From positions 26,412,001 through 26,476,000 of the forward strand of contig OX597827.1 of NCBI GenBank assembly GCA_951406725.2: DNA of 64,000 bases, written 5' to 3'. Position 1 is the first letter of the stretch, and each line of letters starts with the position of its first letter. The position numbers were made by a program, and so were the translations under genes. Below, piece by piece: positions 13,586 to 27,100 of the stretch. The notes under the pieces are model-generated. The model was not told the origin of the DNA and did not search any database. It worked only from the letters and a program-made list of their open reading frames with translations. The DNA is from Octopus vulgaris. Its lineage: Eukaryota.

Positions 13586-13806
13586 GGCGGCGAGCTGGCA
13601 GACACGTTAGCACGCCGGGCGAAATGCGTAGCCGTATTTCTTCTAACGGTACGTTTTGAGTTCAAATTCCGCCGAGGTCTTTCATCCTTTCGGGGTCGAT
13701 AAATTAAGTACCAGTTACGCACTGGGAACGATGTAATCGACTCAATCCGTTTGTCTTTCCTTGTTTGTCCCCTCTGTGTTTAGCCCCTTGTGGGCAGTAA
13801 AGAAAT
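13586..13806 (+). mobile_element. tRNA-derived SINE, family A (tail type 1) with an 18-bp TSD
   Basis: A-box-like GAGCTGGCAGA and B-box GAGTTCAAATTCC; AGGTACTGTGGAGATTAA is duplicated at 13568-13585 and 13807-13824. Confidence 0.92.
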
Positions 13807-14429
13807 AGGTACTGTGGAGATTAAAATGCGGTTATTTCCCTTTGAAAGAGTAATAGGCAACCTCATAATAGAGTGTGTATTTTTGCACTCTTCATCATGT
13901 GATATACTGGACGAACTACAGATTATATGAAAAAGGAAATGAGTTATATGGAAAACGAAATAAAGCAGAAATACTTTCACTAATATCAGTCCTAAGAAAA
14001 CCAATTTCTTTCAGCTACTGGTTACTGTAATGGTTAATATTGCAAAAATACATTGAAATAGTGACTACATACATGGAGATATTGCTATGTCATTTATTAA
14101 ACTTGACAGTGAATATTTTGACAGTGAATAGAGAAATACAGCCTTTCGTTCATTCTATGCGCTGTGTTCGGGAGAATATGTAATCCAGTAGTTGTTGCGG
14201 AAAGTTGCTTGCTCTCTATGTTGCAGGTTATCGAAATGTTTCGATAGCCTGCTGTCTATGAACTTTGTAAACAGCTTATAGAAAGAGAAATAAATGACAG
14301 TATTGGCAGGAGACAGAACCTAATGCCTGGTGGTTTTATTTCTGTTTCGGTTTCAAATCTTGTCGGCGCTTCATTTTGATTTTCACGTGACGTTCATAAA
14401 ATTCTTTACTACTTTGGGTCCATAGCTAG

Positions 14430-14635
14430 CAATTTGGTGGGTGGGTATCGGGTTAGTCGATAGCATCAATCCCAGTTCTTAACCGGGATTTTGTTTTAGC
14501 GACTTCAACAGGATGTAAAGTAAATGCGAGTTCGTTTTATTTTACCGTGAGACAAAGTTGACCTCGGTGGATCTCGAACTCAGAACCTACAATGTCTGAA
14601 CAAATGCAGTAAAGGGTTTTTTGAGAGCTCTAATG
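14430..14635 (-). mobile_element. Old degenerate family A SINE
   Basis: AAAGTTGACCTCGGTGGATCTCGAACTCAGAAC is the reverse complement of the family A B-box region. Confidence 0.6.
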
Positions 14636-15996
14636 ATGCCTTTAGAAAAATCTAAATTAACAGTCACGCACTAAGTCGTTTTAATCGGCTGAACTTATGC
14701 TTCGAATTCTAGAACATATAATCAATGTTTATCTCCAGATAAAAGGGCTTGTGATATTTAGTTACGTCCCTTTATTTTTTTAGTTCAGCTCCCACCGGGA
14801 TTGATTTCACAGGACATGATTTCTATGTTGATAAAATCAGTGCCAGTCCATACTTATTCTTCCTGCTTCTTCTCCTCCTCTTTCCTAAGTCCTTAAGCCA
14901 TCAAATCAACGACATCTTTGGTAAGCACTGTGTCTTTGTTGCCGCGTATTTATGGAAGAAGACAACGGTGATTTACTTTTGTCTTACTTCAGGTAGCTTT
15001 TGTGTTTTTTGTAACTTTTATTTTTAAGTTGAAGAAACCATCTTGTCTGCTTTGGTCAAACTGAGATGGTAAAAAACAGAAAAAGTTGGGAAAGAGAAGT
15101 GGGAAGAAATCACACAACTATTTGACTGTTACTTTATTTATCGATTCCGAAAGAAAGAGCAATAAATTTGATCACGACAGGATTTCAAACCAAGGAGCAA
15201 AGGGCCGCAGGTTATTCTCTCCGACGTCCTACTTAAAATTTGGAGAGGCTTGTCTTTTGCGGTGTATTCAAGATCAGACTTTAATAGAAGGAACTAGCTT
15301 TTCTAATGGTGCAGCGATTGGTAAAAACACAACTTTGGTGGGCGGAATGTATTGTGATATGTAGTTCTGGGCATCACCGCTTTGAGTTCGAATTTGATTG
15401 GGTTATACTTTCAAAGCACTTAAGAAGTAATTAGTCGATAAATAATTTCGACAGTTAAAAGACACTTCTTCAAAGTTTGCCGTTGTGAGAGGTATAGATG
15501 CTAATATTTCGGATCGGATCTTGCTCTTCAATGGCAGGCCATGGAGGAAACCGGAAGCGTAACGGATCAAATGTTTTGAGGTTCTTTACTTAAGCGCCTT
15601 TACATTATGTTTTCAAATCCCTCTCAGGTCGATTTAAGCTTCATCCTCTCAATGACCTCTTGCTATAAATATTGGTTAGAGACGATCTTAATCTGCTAAA
15701 ATTCTTTTAAAAATCTTCGACATTGTCTATCTGTCTCACTCTTTCTCCACTTTTCTCTGTCTCTTTTCCCTGTTTCTCTGTCTCCCTCTCTTTCTCTATC
15801 TCTCTTTTCCTGCCTGTCTCTCACACACTCACTCACTCCACCGAGGCCAGCATTGTATTTAATTATTCCAGAGCCAATGAACTAAAGTACCAACACATTT
15901 TTGGGAAGCGAGAATCGCCGATGTTTACCAACTAAACCCTCCCCTGAAGACTGATGGCCTAGTGACTAAATTAGAAAAGATTATTATCATTATTAA

Positions 15997-16042
<46 letters not shown>

Positions 16043-16045
<3 letters not shown>

Positions 16046-16708
16046 TAGTTTTATTTTTATAGCGTGCTTTCACTTCACTACCGAGCGCAGCTCTGTGTGC
16101 CTTGGGTATGTGCTGTGATTTGTTGTGATGCTCTGATGGTTATTGTATGGAAAGTGTTCTGCGTAGGATGTGTGCAGTGCCTAGTAGTGCAATTTTCTGT
16201 ATGTTATATGTGTTTGTAAGTCCTGGTGTTTTTGTTATGTATTTGTCTGAATATTTTTTTATCATGCCTAATGCACCTACTATGATAGGAATTGTTTCTG
16301 TTTTCAGGTTCCACATTCTAGTTACCTCTATTTCCAGGTCTTTGTATTTTGAGAGTTTCTCCATTTCTTTTAGAGACACGTTGTCATCTGCCGGTATTGA
16401 TACATCAATTAGAAAGCATTTTTTTCTTCATGATCTCTGACAACTATATCTGGTCTGTTGGCCTTAATTTCTCTATCTGTGTGTATCGGCATATCCCAGA
16501 GTATGGTTGCTTTCTCGTTTTCTGTGACCTTTTCTGGTGTGTGCCTATACCATCTTTTTTCTGTTGTTATTCCATAATGTTGGCATAGCTTCCAATGTAT
16601 GTAGGTCCCAACTCTGTCATGTCTGTGAATATATTCCTTCTTAGCCAGGACTGGGCAGCTAGAGATAATATGATTTATTGTTTCTTGTCCATCTCCACAT
16701 ATTCTGCT
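16043..16708 (-). mobile_element. 5'-truncated Dong/R4-type non-LTR retrotransposon (CCHC knuckle + restriction-like endonuclease) inserted in (TAA)n
   Basis: Uninterrupted frame 16140-16707 (-): RICGDGQETINHIISSC...RHDRV...ILWDMPIHTDREIKANRPDIVV...FLIDVSIP...EKLSKYKDL...IPIIVGALG, followed by a ~100 bp 3' UTR. (TTA)n lies on both sides (15980-16042, 16710-16888). Confidence 0.9.
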
Positions 16709-16753
16709 TTTTATTATTTTTTTATTATTATTATTATTATTTTTTTTTTATTA

Positions 16754-16877
<124 letters not shown>

Positions 16878-16889
16878 CATTATTATTTA

Positions 16890-17100
16890 AGCCAGCGAGC
16901 TGGCAAAACCGTAAGCACGCTAGACAAAGTGCTTAGCGGTACTTCGACCGTCGCTACGTTCTATGTTCGAATACCACAGAGGTCGACTATGCCTTTCATC
17001 CTGTCGATATCAATAAATTAAGTACCAGTGAAACAATGCGGTCGGTGTAATCGACTAGTCTCCTACCCTCAAAATTTCAGGCCTTGTGCCTTTAGTAGAA
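16890..17100 (+). mobile_element. tRNA-derived SINE, family A (tail type 2) followed by (TTA)n
   Basis: GCGAGCTGGCAAAACCGTAAGCACGC...GCCTTTCATCCT...AAGTACCAG...AAAATTTCAGGCCTTGTGCCTTTAGTAGAAA. Confidence 0.85.
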
Positions 17101-17116
17101 ATTACTATTATTATCC

Positions 17117-17186
<70 letters not shown>

Positions 17187-18284
17187 CATTATTATTATTA
17201 TTATTATTATCATCATCATTTGCTAACGTTGGCACTCCATTATCCTATATTATACCAATGCATCAAGGTCTCGATTTATGAACAACAAGAAAGTATATAA
17301 CAGTGTAAATATTGATGCTTCAATCATGAATATAAAGGAAGTAATAAAGAATCTTGCGCTGTATTGGCATGAGTGAGAGAGAAAGAGAGCGAGCGGGAGA
17401 AATAGTGAGATAGAGAAATAGGAAGCGAAAAAGTGAGAGAGAGAGAGAGAGAGAGTGAGCGTGAAGATCGGGATGAACAGAGAATGAAATGTGAGGTGGG
17501 GCAAAACAAAGAAGAAATAGCAATGAAAAAACGATAAGGACGAAGACGAGAAGAAAGAGAAGAAGAAGAAGAAGAAGAAGAAGAAGAAGAAGAAGAAGAA
17601 GAAGAAGAAGAAGAAGAAGAAGAAGGCCAAAGAAAAAAGATAAGAAGACGTAATTTTAAACTGATTACAGCTACAAAAGTGTGTTTCTATAGACATAATC
17701 AACTGTTGTATGATGCTTCATAGCAAAGAACAGAGAAATCTTGCATTGCAGAAGAAAATTATGACAGTGTATATGGGAGAGAAAGGAGAGAAGAAGAGAG
17801 AGTAGAAATGAAGAGACCAGGAGAGAAAAGACAAGAGAGGAAAGAAAAAAAGACAGAATGAAAGAAAGAAAAGAAAGAAAAAAGCGTCTAGAACGAAAGA
17901 TTAAAGAGCAGATATAAATCATTGCTTAGAGACATTTTCTATTCATACATGGAGCGAGATAATGCTTTTGACAATAAGAAGAGAAAATCGATCGGAATAC
18001 TCAGGCAGATATTCCTTACACTCGGCATATAGGTTTTTGGTCGAAAACACGTCTGATGTTTTGCACAATGGGTAATTTCCATTTAAGAGTGGCTCCTCGG
18101 ATGGTATGAACGTATGAACGTATGAACGTAGGATTGTATGAAAGGTCTATGTAGGCAAGACAAAATATACCACGGTTTTTGACATAGTGACATCGCATTC
18201 AGTAAAATTAAACTAATCTTCTTTAATGCATGTGTGCAGGTGTGGGTGTGCGCATACACATACACACGCATGTACATATAGATA

Positions 18285-18315
<31 letters not shown>

Positions 18316-18322
18316 GTATCTA

Positions 18323-18376
<54 letters not shown>

Positions 18377-18459
18377 GATATATGTATGTATATATATATA
18401 TCTATATCTATATACATACATACATACATACAAACATATATGCAAATGTATATGTATGA

Positions 18460-18499
<40 letters not shown>

Positions 18500-18783
18500 A
18501 TGTGTGTGTGTGTGTACACACGCACATGAATATATGTACATATGCATCATTTTGTGAAACACTAAAACCAATCCCATGACCTGAAGAAAACACACATGAA
18601 TATACACATCTGCTTACAAAGTACTATATACATGAATCATTTCTAAACAATAACATAATACCAAATTTAGTCAATAAAAATTTCTCCAAATCAATCCACC
18701 CCACAAACCAACTATCACTCCACCCAAGGAAAATTTTAACTTAACAGAAACTATATAAAACCATGATTAACTTCAATGCATCG

Positions 18784-18826
18784 CTATCCGACGATGGCTT
18801 AAATAGGCGAAACATCGAAGTCACTG
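18784..18826 (+). ncRNA. Degenerate hammerhead-like motif (TTCGAA family)
   Basis: CCGACGA-TGGCTTAAATAGGC-GAAAC-ATCGAA-GTC-ACTG; homologous to the 29027 and 30360 copies, with stem I damaged. Confidence 0.55.
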
Positions 18827-19179
18827 GCAATAATATTCTTGTTTACGGATAATACATACAGTTTTAGTTTGGGATACGTTTACTGGTTTCTGTATATACT
18901 TAGACCCAGGTTGATATTAAACAGAGTTGACATCAAAAAACCGTAGCATTAGTTTTTACAAATCTTAATCGTATATCATAGTAGCATGCACCGTGATGGT
19001 GGCAGTGCCAATTTCACGCAGATCACATGACCCAGCAATCTGTCGAGATAAAATATCTTTTCATATTTCGAGCGATATGTCTATGGTCGAGACACTTATA
19101 TGGTTGGCTATCATATATAGAATTTATGGAAATGGCCATGTTCCATTGATAGGGGTTATCCATGTAAAGAGTAAACAAA

Positions 19180-19600
19180 AGGAGTGGCTGTGTGGTATGT
19201 AGATTGCTTACCAGCTACATGGTTCCGGGTTCAGTCCCACTGCGTGGCACCTTGGCAAGTGTCTTCTACTATAGTCTCGGGCCGACCAAAGCCTTGTGAG
19301 TGGATTTGGTAGACGGAAACTGAAAGCCCGTTGTATATTTGTGTGTGTGTCTGTGTGTGTGTGTGTGTGTATGTTTGTGTGTATGTGTGTATGTTTGTGT
19401 CCGTGTGTGACCCCAACATCATTTGACAACCGATGCTAGTGTGTTTACGTCCCCATAACTTAGCGGTTCGGCAAAAGAGAGCGATAGAGTAAGTACAAGG
19501 CTTACAAAGAATAAGTCCTGGGATCGATTTGCTCGACTAAAGGCAATGCTGCAGCATGGCCGCAGTCAAAATGGCTGAAACAAGTAAAAGAGTAAAAGAG
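19180..19600 (+). mobile_element. tRNA-derived SINE, family B (full length, internal (GT)n)
   Basis: GGAGTGGCTGTGTGGTA head, GGGTTCAGTCCC B-box, ACTTAGCGGTTCGGCAAAAGAG body, CAGCATGGCCGCAGTCAAAATGGCTGAAAC tail. Confidence 0.88.
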
Positions 19601-19620
19601 TATATCTAGATATTCTAATA

Positions 19621-19715
19621 GGCGGTGAGCTGGTAGAAACGTTAGCACGCCAGGCGAAACGCTTAGCAGTATTTCGTCTGTCTTTCTGAGTTCAATTCCA
19701 CGGAGGTCGACTTTA
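19621..19715 (+). mobile_element. Family A SINE head fragment
   Basis: GGCGGTGAGCTGGTAGAAACGTTAGCACGCC...GAGTTCAATTCC...GAGGTCGACTTT. Confidence 0.75.
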
Positions 19716-19810
19716 TAGAAGTGATGAATATAGAGGGGATGTGTGGAAACAAAGTAAAAGCTACTGATAGGAATTGTTATTCTAAAACATTGCTTAAGCT
19801 ACCACTCGGC

Positions 19811-19845
<35 letters not shown>

Positions 19846-20198
19846 TGTGTGGGTGTGCGTGGATGTGTATGTGAGTGTGGGTGGGTGTATGTCTTTCTCT
19901 CTTTTTGTATCCATGTCCTAAGGATGATAGAATCTCCGTTAGCAGTGTGCTGCGGATGGCTTTTCATGTCAAGGCCAAAAGCGTACATTGTCCGTGTAAA
20001 ATATAATTGGCCAATTATCGATGATTTCGTTGGAAAGAATTGTAAAAGAATTGTAGTGCCGCTGCTTGTTGAGATGAATTCGCTCTTGGTGCGAATGTCT
20101 CTTTCTATATAGAGAGACAAACAGACAAAGGAAAAGAGGGAGACGAGAGTTTGACTGATTGGGGAAGATCTTATCTACGTGCGTCCATACATACATAT

Positions 20199-20282
<84 letters not shown>

Positions 20283-20283
20283 A

Positions 20284-21245
20284 TTGGGTTCGAAACTAAG
20301 TTACCGCCGTTTTCTTAAAGTTTGTAATCTATTGTTTCGAGAATTTAGGAATATATATATTTTTTTCTTTTTCTAGTTAATTTTAGTTAACTTTTGTTTA
20401 TTTTCAGTTCATTAAAATGGAATGTCAAGTTAAGAAAAACAAGCATTTTCGACACCTCCTTCTTTTTGCTTTTAATCAAGGTTCTAAGGCCGCAAAAGCT
20501 GCTCGCGACATTTGTGCTGCGTATGGAGAGGTTACCATAGCTGAAATAAACGCTCGTGATTGGTATGCCAAGTTCAAAAATGGAAATTTTGACCTCAAAG
20601 ACGCACCTCGTTCAGGCCGTCCAGTTGAGTTCGATGAAGAGCGATTAAACCAACTTTTGCACGTAAATTCTCGTCAGGCGACAAGGGAACTGGCAGAGAA
20701 AATGGAATGCTCCCACACTGCAATAGAGAACTATCGTCACTCGATGGGAAAGGTTCAGAAGTATGGAGCATGGTTTCCGCATGATTTAACTTACAACAAA
20801 AATCAACTATCCACAATCTCCACTGGTTTGCATGCACGTCATTGTTCAACTCATGGACACAAGCAACGACACAGCATGGAGTTCTTCTGCTGAATGACAA
20901 CGCCCGCCCTAATATTGCCAATATGACCAAGAAAGCCATTCAAACACATGGCTAGGGAGTGCTGCCACACCCGCCGTACTCTCCTGATTTGGTACCAACG
21001 GATTTCCACCTCTTTCAATCTCTTTCAAATGTATATATATAAACGCGCGGAGTTTAGTTCACTACTGATGCAGAATTGAGAGCTTGGTTGGATCAATTTT
21101 CTGAGTCGAAATCTCTACCGAATTTCTACCGAGGTACTGAAAATCTTGTTGAACGTTGGGAAGAAGTTGTAAAAACGAGGGTAAATACGTTATTGATTAA
21201 TTAGTTTGTATTTTTTAAAAATCGGCGGGAACGTTGCCAACCCAA
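20284..21245 (+). mobile_element. Internally deleted mariner (DD34D) element with TIRs and TA flanks
   Basis: TA|TTGGGTTCGAAACTAAGTTACCGCCG ... CGGCGGGAACGTTGCCAACCCAA|TA. ORF 20417 carries the HTH region (KAARDIC...WYAKFKNGNFDLKDAPRSGRP...WFPHDL). The downstream frame has NDNARP and HPPYSPDL..TDFHLF with a stop; the first catalytic D segment is missing. Confidence 0.93.
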
Positions 21246-21248
21246 TAT

Positions 21249-21316
<68 letters not shown>

Positions 21317-21344
21317 ATGTATATATACATATAAATATATATAG

Positions 21345-21525
21345 GGGGAGAATTCACGAAGAAAACAAAAGACGAAGACAGGTGGTGTAGAAAACAAACA
21401 GATGTATTAGTTTAACACTTTAGTCTTTAACGTTTCGAGCCTACGCTCTTCCACAGAAAGGAACACAGGAAGAAACAAGGAGAGAAAAGAAATGTGTGTA
21501 GTGGCTACTGATTTATCATGGCGAC
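21345..21525 (-). mobile_element. Solo 3' fragment of the Penelope pseudo-LTR family in (TA)n, with a hammerhead-like motif at 21424-21460
   Basis: Reverse complement aligns by eye to 57300-57510: CGCCATG...CTTTCTGTGGAAGAGCGTAGGCTCGAAACGTTAAAGAC...CCACCTGTCTTCGTCTTTTG. Confidence 0.85.
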
Positions 21526-21527
21526 TG

Positions 21528-21591
<64 letters not shown>

Positions 21592-21659
21592 TAAAGTATT
21601 TAAAATAGTTTGATTCGGTTCTAAGCTACTTAAAGTGTCGCAGGCTTCTTTTTCAGGCT

Positions 21660-21713
<54 letters not shown>

Positions 21714-22083
21714 GGATAGATAGATAGATTTATAAATATACTTACATGTACGTATATTTCTACGTATATATCGGTCTTGTTAACTGCATCCCTTAATTTC
21801 AATCTTTCAACCAGGAGGTAGACTTTATTCCTGTTTATGCGGATATTCTCGCCTGGTCCAAGTTTTCTCAGCAAACCCCGTATAACATGTGTGTTATCGT
21901 ACTATGTAGCTAGAATAACAGTCACTTCTGAAACGAAAATGCTGAAATTGTCAGCTGAGTGGAGTGTAAATGATGAAAAGCTATGCTTCAGTAAACCGTC
22001 ATCTTAGAAAAAGCAGTATTATGACACGATGACACGTTTACAGTTGTTTGTTGTAACGATTGTGGCGAAAGAAATTGCTACAA

Positions 22084-22133
<50 letters not shown>

Positions 22134-22184
22134 TACTAGTAATAGTAGTATTTTCATGTTATGTGATATTTAAGTATATACATA

Positions 22185-22249
<65 letters not shown>

Positions 22250-23677
22250 GTATATTTCTATGTATGTATATGTATATTTCTCTCTCCCCCTATGTCTGTC
22301 ACTCTCTCTATCCATCTATCTATCTTCATATGTATGTATGTATCTATCTTCTCTTATATTTATAATTTATATATATATATATATATATACATATATGAAT
22401 GTATATATATATATACTACGTATATATGTATATATATATATATATGTGTGTTTATGTATGTATGCATGTATATCTATATGTATACATATACATATGTATA
22501 CAGAGAGAAAGAGAGGGGATAGAAAGCGATGCCTGCATGTGTGTATGTATATTTATGTACGTATGTGTGTATAGACGTATAGACTAGCTCAGTTTCTGTA
22601 TGCACATCAATGTATAGACCAAAGCATACTATCAAAATATTCACACACATATATACACAAACATATGTGTACACCTATATGTGTATATGTATATATGTAT
22701 GTATATACGTATGTATGTTTATATGATGTTTACGAAGACGATATTCTACGATATAGTTCTGTTTTTGGCTTTTTTATCATTAGTTTGTATATAAACATGC
22801 CTCCCGCCATTCTACAACAAACATTTGTTTTTCCTCGCTGTACCTGTATGTTTTCGAATTTGTGGTACCTTTATGACAAATAAAAGAAACCATTATTCTA
22901 TTATTGAAGAATCTGTGTGATTCTTTCTCACTCCATTGTCAGAAATAGGTTTTGGAGAGAATAGAAAGAAAAAAAGATAAGATATCAGTCAAATTTCATT
23001 ACTGCTGCTACCATTTCTTTCCATTCTTTTCAATTTCTTTCTGTTCCATAACTTCTTGGTTGAGACATTATAGAACCAGTTCTTTACTGCGTGTTGTCAC
23101 CTGAAATCTTGAAACTAATAAAAACAAAATATGGGGAAAATTAGAAAAAAATCGAAAGAAAAACCCCATAAAAATGGAGTTAATTATAGCTGACAAAGAA
23201 TTTGATCATTTCTTTCTTCTCTTTTACTTTCTTTCCATTTTTATTCCGTGGAAGAATCTAAAAAAAAAAAGAAAATAAGGAGGGGGATATGATTGAAAAG
23301 AATTTTTTTCTTCTTTGTCTTGTCTGTTTCTGAAGAACAACAACAGACATATAAAGTTTACTATTTCAATTTAGAATTTGGATGAAAAATATAATGACAG
23401 TATAGAATATCTGCAGAAACAGAAATCTGATATAAAACACGAGAGACGGAGAATGGAGGAGAAAAGGAAAAAGAAGAAGAAAAAAAGATGGTAGCGGTTT
23501 TGTTGTTGATGTTTATTTTTGCTTCTGAAAATAAAATATATCCTCCATTTTTTTTCTGTGATGTTGTGACTGTAACATAAAGAGAAGTGTATAAAGGTAC
23601 ATATATAGATAAATAGACACACACACACGCGAACACACACACAAACACATGTGTTTGTGAATGTGTGCGTGTGTGTG

Positions 23678-23739
<62 letters not shown>

Positions 23740-23848
23740 GAGAGATGACATACACACACACACTTATGTATATATACATATATATATAAACGGTTAGTGC
23801 GAGGGGAAGTTATATATATTATATATGTGTGTGCGTGTGTGTGTGTGT

Positions 23849-23892
<44 letters not shown>

Positions 23893-23953
23893 ACATACAT
23901 ACACATACACATATATACACACATATGTATACAGATAAATATATAGATAAATA

Positions 23954-24001
<48 letters not shown>

Positions 24002-24032
24002 CATAGAAGTATATCAACATATAAATATGTAT

Positions 24033-24125
<93 letters not shown>

Positions 24126-27100
24126 CCTACTTACATACACGTGTGCTTGTGTGTGTGTGGAGAGAGGGAGCGGTGGGACTTACGAAGGAGAAAGGTATAC
24201 CATGAAAACTTGTAAAATATGCAGGTGTTGAGGTTGGGTGTGATAATTTAAAGGTGTAAATAGAACATTGGTTGGGTGAATGTTGTATGTTGGTGTGAAA
24301 TAAGTGATAGAAAGGGATTAGGTGGGGGTAGTTGAAAAAGAGGGTGGAAAAAACTGGGATTGGGGTAGAGAGAAATGAGTTGAAGAAGGGGGTGGATAAA
24401 AATCTAGGAGACTGATACAGAAATAAGGAAATAAGCTAAGGGGAGGGGGTTAAAAGAAAGATGGTGATATGTAAGGTAAAATATGGTAAGAAATAGAAGG
24501 AGAGTAAATGAATGAAAGAGAAAACGAATTGAAGAGAGAAAGAAAGGAAGGAAGATAGGAAGAAAGGAAGTAAGGTGGAGAACGTGGGGTAGCGTTAAGG
24601 GTTATGGGTCGGAAGAGAAGAAAAAACATTTGCATAGAAATGAAACGTGTGAGCAAACGGAAAGAAATATTCAAAATATTGTACACGTGAACAAAAATCA
24701 TCAACAAACAACATTGTCAACATCTGAGACGGATGTTTGACAACGAATGACAGCCACTAATCACCAGACGCATGCAATGTCGAGTTTTTATGTTGCCTGT
24801 GTGTGTGTGTGTTTTTTTTTTCTTTTGCTTTTCATTAGCGAGTGGCAGACGGTGTGACAAGATTGTAGTTAGTTTTGTGACGTAGTTGACAAAATCTCGC
24901 GACATTTTCTTTCTTTTTTATCTTCCTTTTTATTTGCCACCAGACGTCGCTGTAACAATTACAGACGGCAAAAATAACTCGCTGTCGTGTGTACTTGCAT
25001 TGTTGTTTCCCTCTGGTGTTGATAGTTCTGGATAAAAAAGTTAAGAAATAAAAGCAACCTCGACGTACTAAGAAGATTTGTTACACTCTTGTTTTTTTGT
25101 TACATATATATTTTTTTATGTTTGCTGTTGTTGCTTTTTATATGACGAGGTGTTAGAATCTTAGCAACAGTAGAGATTAACTGTCAACAGTAATATTGAA
25201 CAAACTGTAATAAAATAGTTATTAAATCTGGTAACATTTCATTGTGGTATGTCATATATACACGCAGGAAAATACGGCAACACACTCTCACATGCACGCT
25301 GACACAGAAAATTTAAAATCGAAATGCAGAAAATATAGTTTTAGAAAAGAAATCTGAGAAAGGGAGAAAACAGTTTAAAATTTGTAGCAAAACAAAATGT
25401 AGTACCAGAGATGTTTCAGAAGAAATGGCGATGAAGAGGAAATATAGAGAAAAGAGGAAATTAATTGTAATAATATGTGTTGCAGAAATGGAGACAAGAA
25501 ACGGAGAATAAATGGTGGACAAGCATAATCAAGAAACGGAATTACGAATCAGCAGCGGAGAGCCGAGCTCTAATATAACGCCGACAGATGTACTGTTTGT
25601 TACGACAGAGCTATTACGACTTCAGCAGAAGATAAGTGACCTGAGTGTGTTTGGGTGTATGTTTGTGTGTATGTATGTGTTTGTGTGTGTATGCGTGCGT
25701 ATGTGTGTGTGGAGGGAGGGATGGGTGTATATGTATGTGTGTGTAATATTTGGTTATATGGTCTATAAGCTTTGAGAGAATTAATTTTAAATGATGTTGA
25801 GTGGAATGTTTAGTTTATAGTACGTAGAACATGTTTATATATAAGTAAGCTGATACTGGTTTCATGTAAGAAGTATTCCTTTAAATAGCTAGTGGCTACC
25901 TTACATTCGTCTAGTCTGGCTGAACGATCGTTACTTGATGACATGAGATGCGAATGGGTGGAAAAATACAATAGAGCTCATTTTGCTAAACAGAAGATAA
26001 TGTTAAGACCTCGGAAACATAAATGTAGAAAGTTTTTAGCTAAATTCTTTTCCCTTAACTGATGATAAGCTCATTGTTATAATTGATGCAGAACTTGTCT
26101 AAAAGGTTGACATAGAATTTCAAATTGCATTAACCAAATGTGTCGGATGCTGAATGGAGAGACTTAAACTCAAACCTGTGTAAAGCCAGAGAAAGTGTTT
26201 GAACAAAGCAAATTCTTGCTCAAGTTCATAGATATAGACATGAAATAGACACATGACACAAAGAAAGGAATTTCAAGAAAGAGAAGACAAAGGAACAGAT
26301 GGAAAGAAATCAGAATAAAGGACCAAAAGAAAAAAGAAATGGAAACATGTTTGAAAGGAAAAAAAAGCAAGGTAATTAAGAGGAGAAATTAAAGAATAAA
26401 ATGAGTCTGCTCTCGTTGTTTTCTCACAGTTTTTTTTAAAAATCTCATCTGAGATTTCATTTGTTATTCAGCTATTCCTGATGTATAAAAGATTATCACA
26501 GGCCAGCCAGAAAGCTGCTTCTAACATGAAACCAGCGATGGTCTACATATGATTAATTGTGTCATAATTATTCACACATAGCCAGCTGCTCGTGCACATA
26601 CACATATATGTGTTTGACTTATGTAACACAGCGCTACGTTCACACATATGTATATGTATATAGAAATGTGTGTATGTATACGTACACATATATATGTTAC
26701 AGAACATCGCAAAACTGAACAACGATGCCTGAACGTTATCTAAACCTAATTATATTACCTACGAAAAAAAACCTTACCAACACAAATGATCTCCGCAAAC
26801 TTTGAATCCACAAACACTTTCCACTTTAAGAGAATGAAGAGCAACCCAGAATAACGAGACTAAGATATAAGAAATTCACAATCAAGAATAATATGTATGT
26901 ATTCACATCATTAGCTGCTAAATAGATATCACCATGGTTTCGACACTTCGTACGCTCTTTTAATTAACAGCAAATCTGATTGAAAGCATAGCCTACTATC
27001 GTAAAGAAACGTAAAAAGCCGGTGAGATAACGTTGTTCCAAACCCTTTCGTATTGACTTGATGTTTAAGGGGAGGGACGGCCTCTGGCATAGAGTTTAAA

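Noticed and set aside
24713-24742. Hairpin TTGTCAACATCTGAGACGGATGTTTGACAA
   Set aside because: Too short for a pre-miRNA and has no family context; could be chance.
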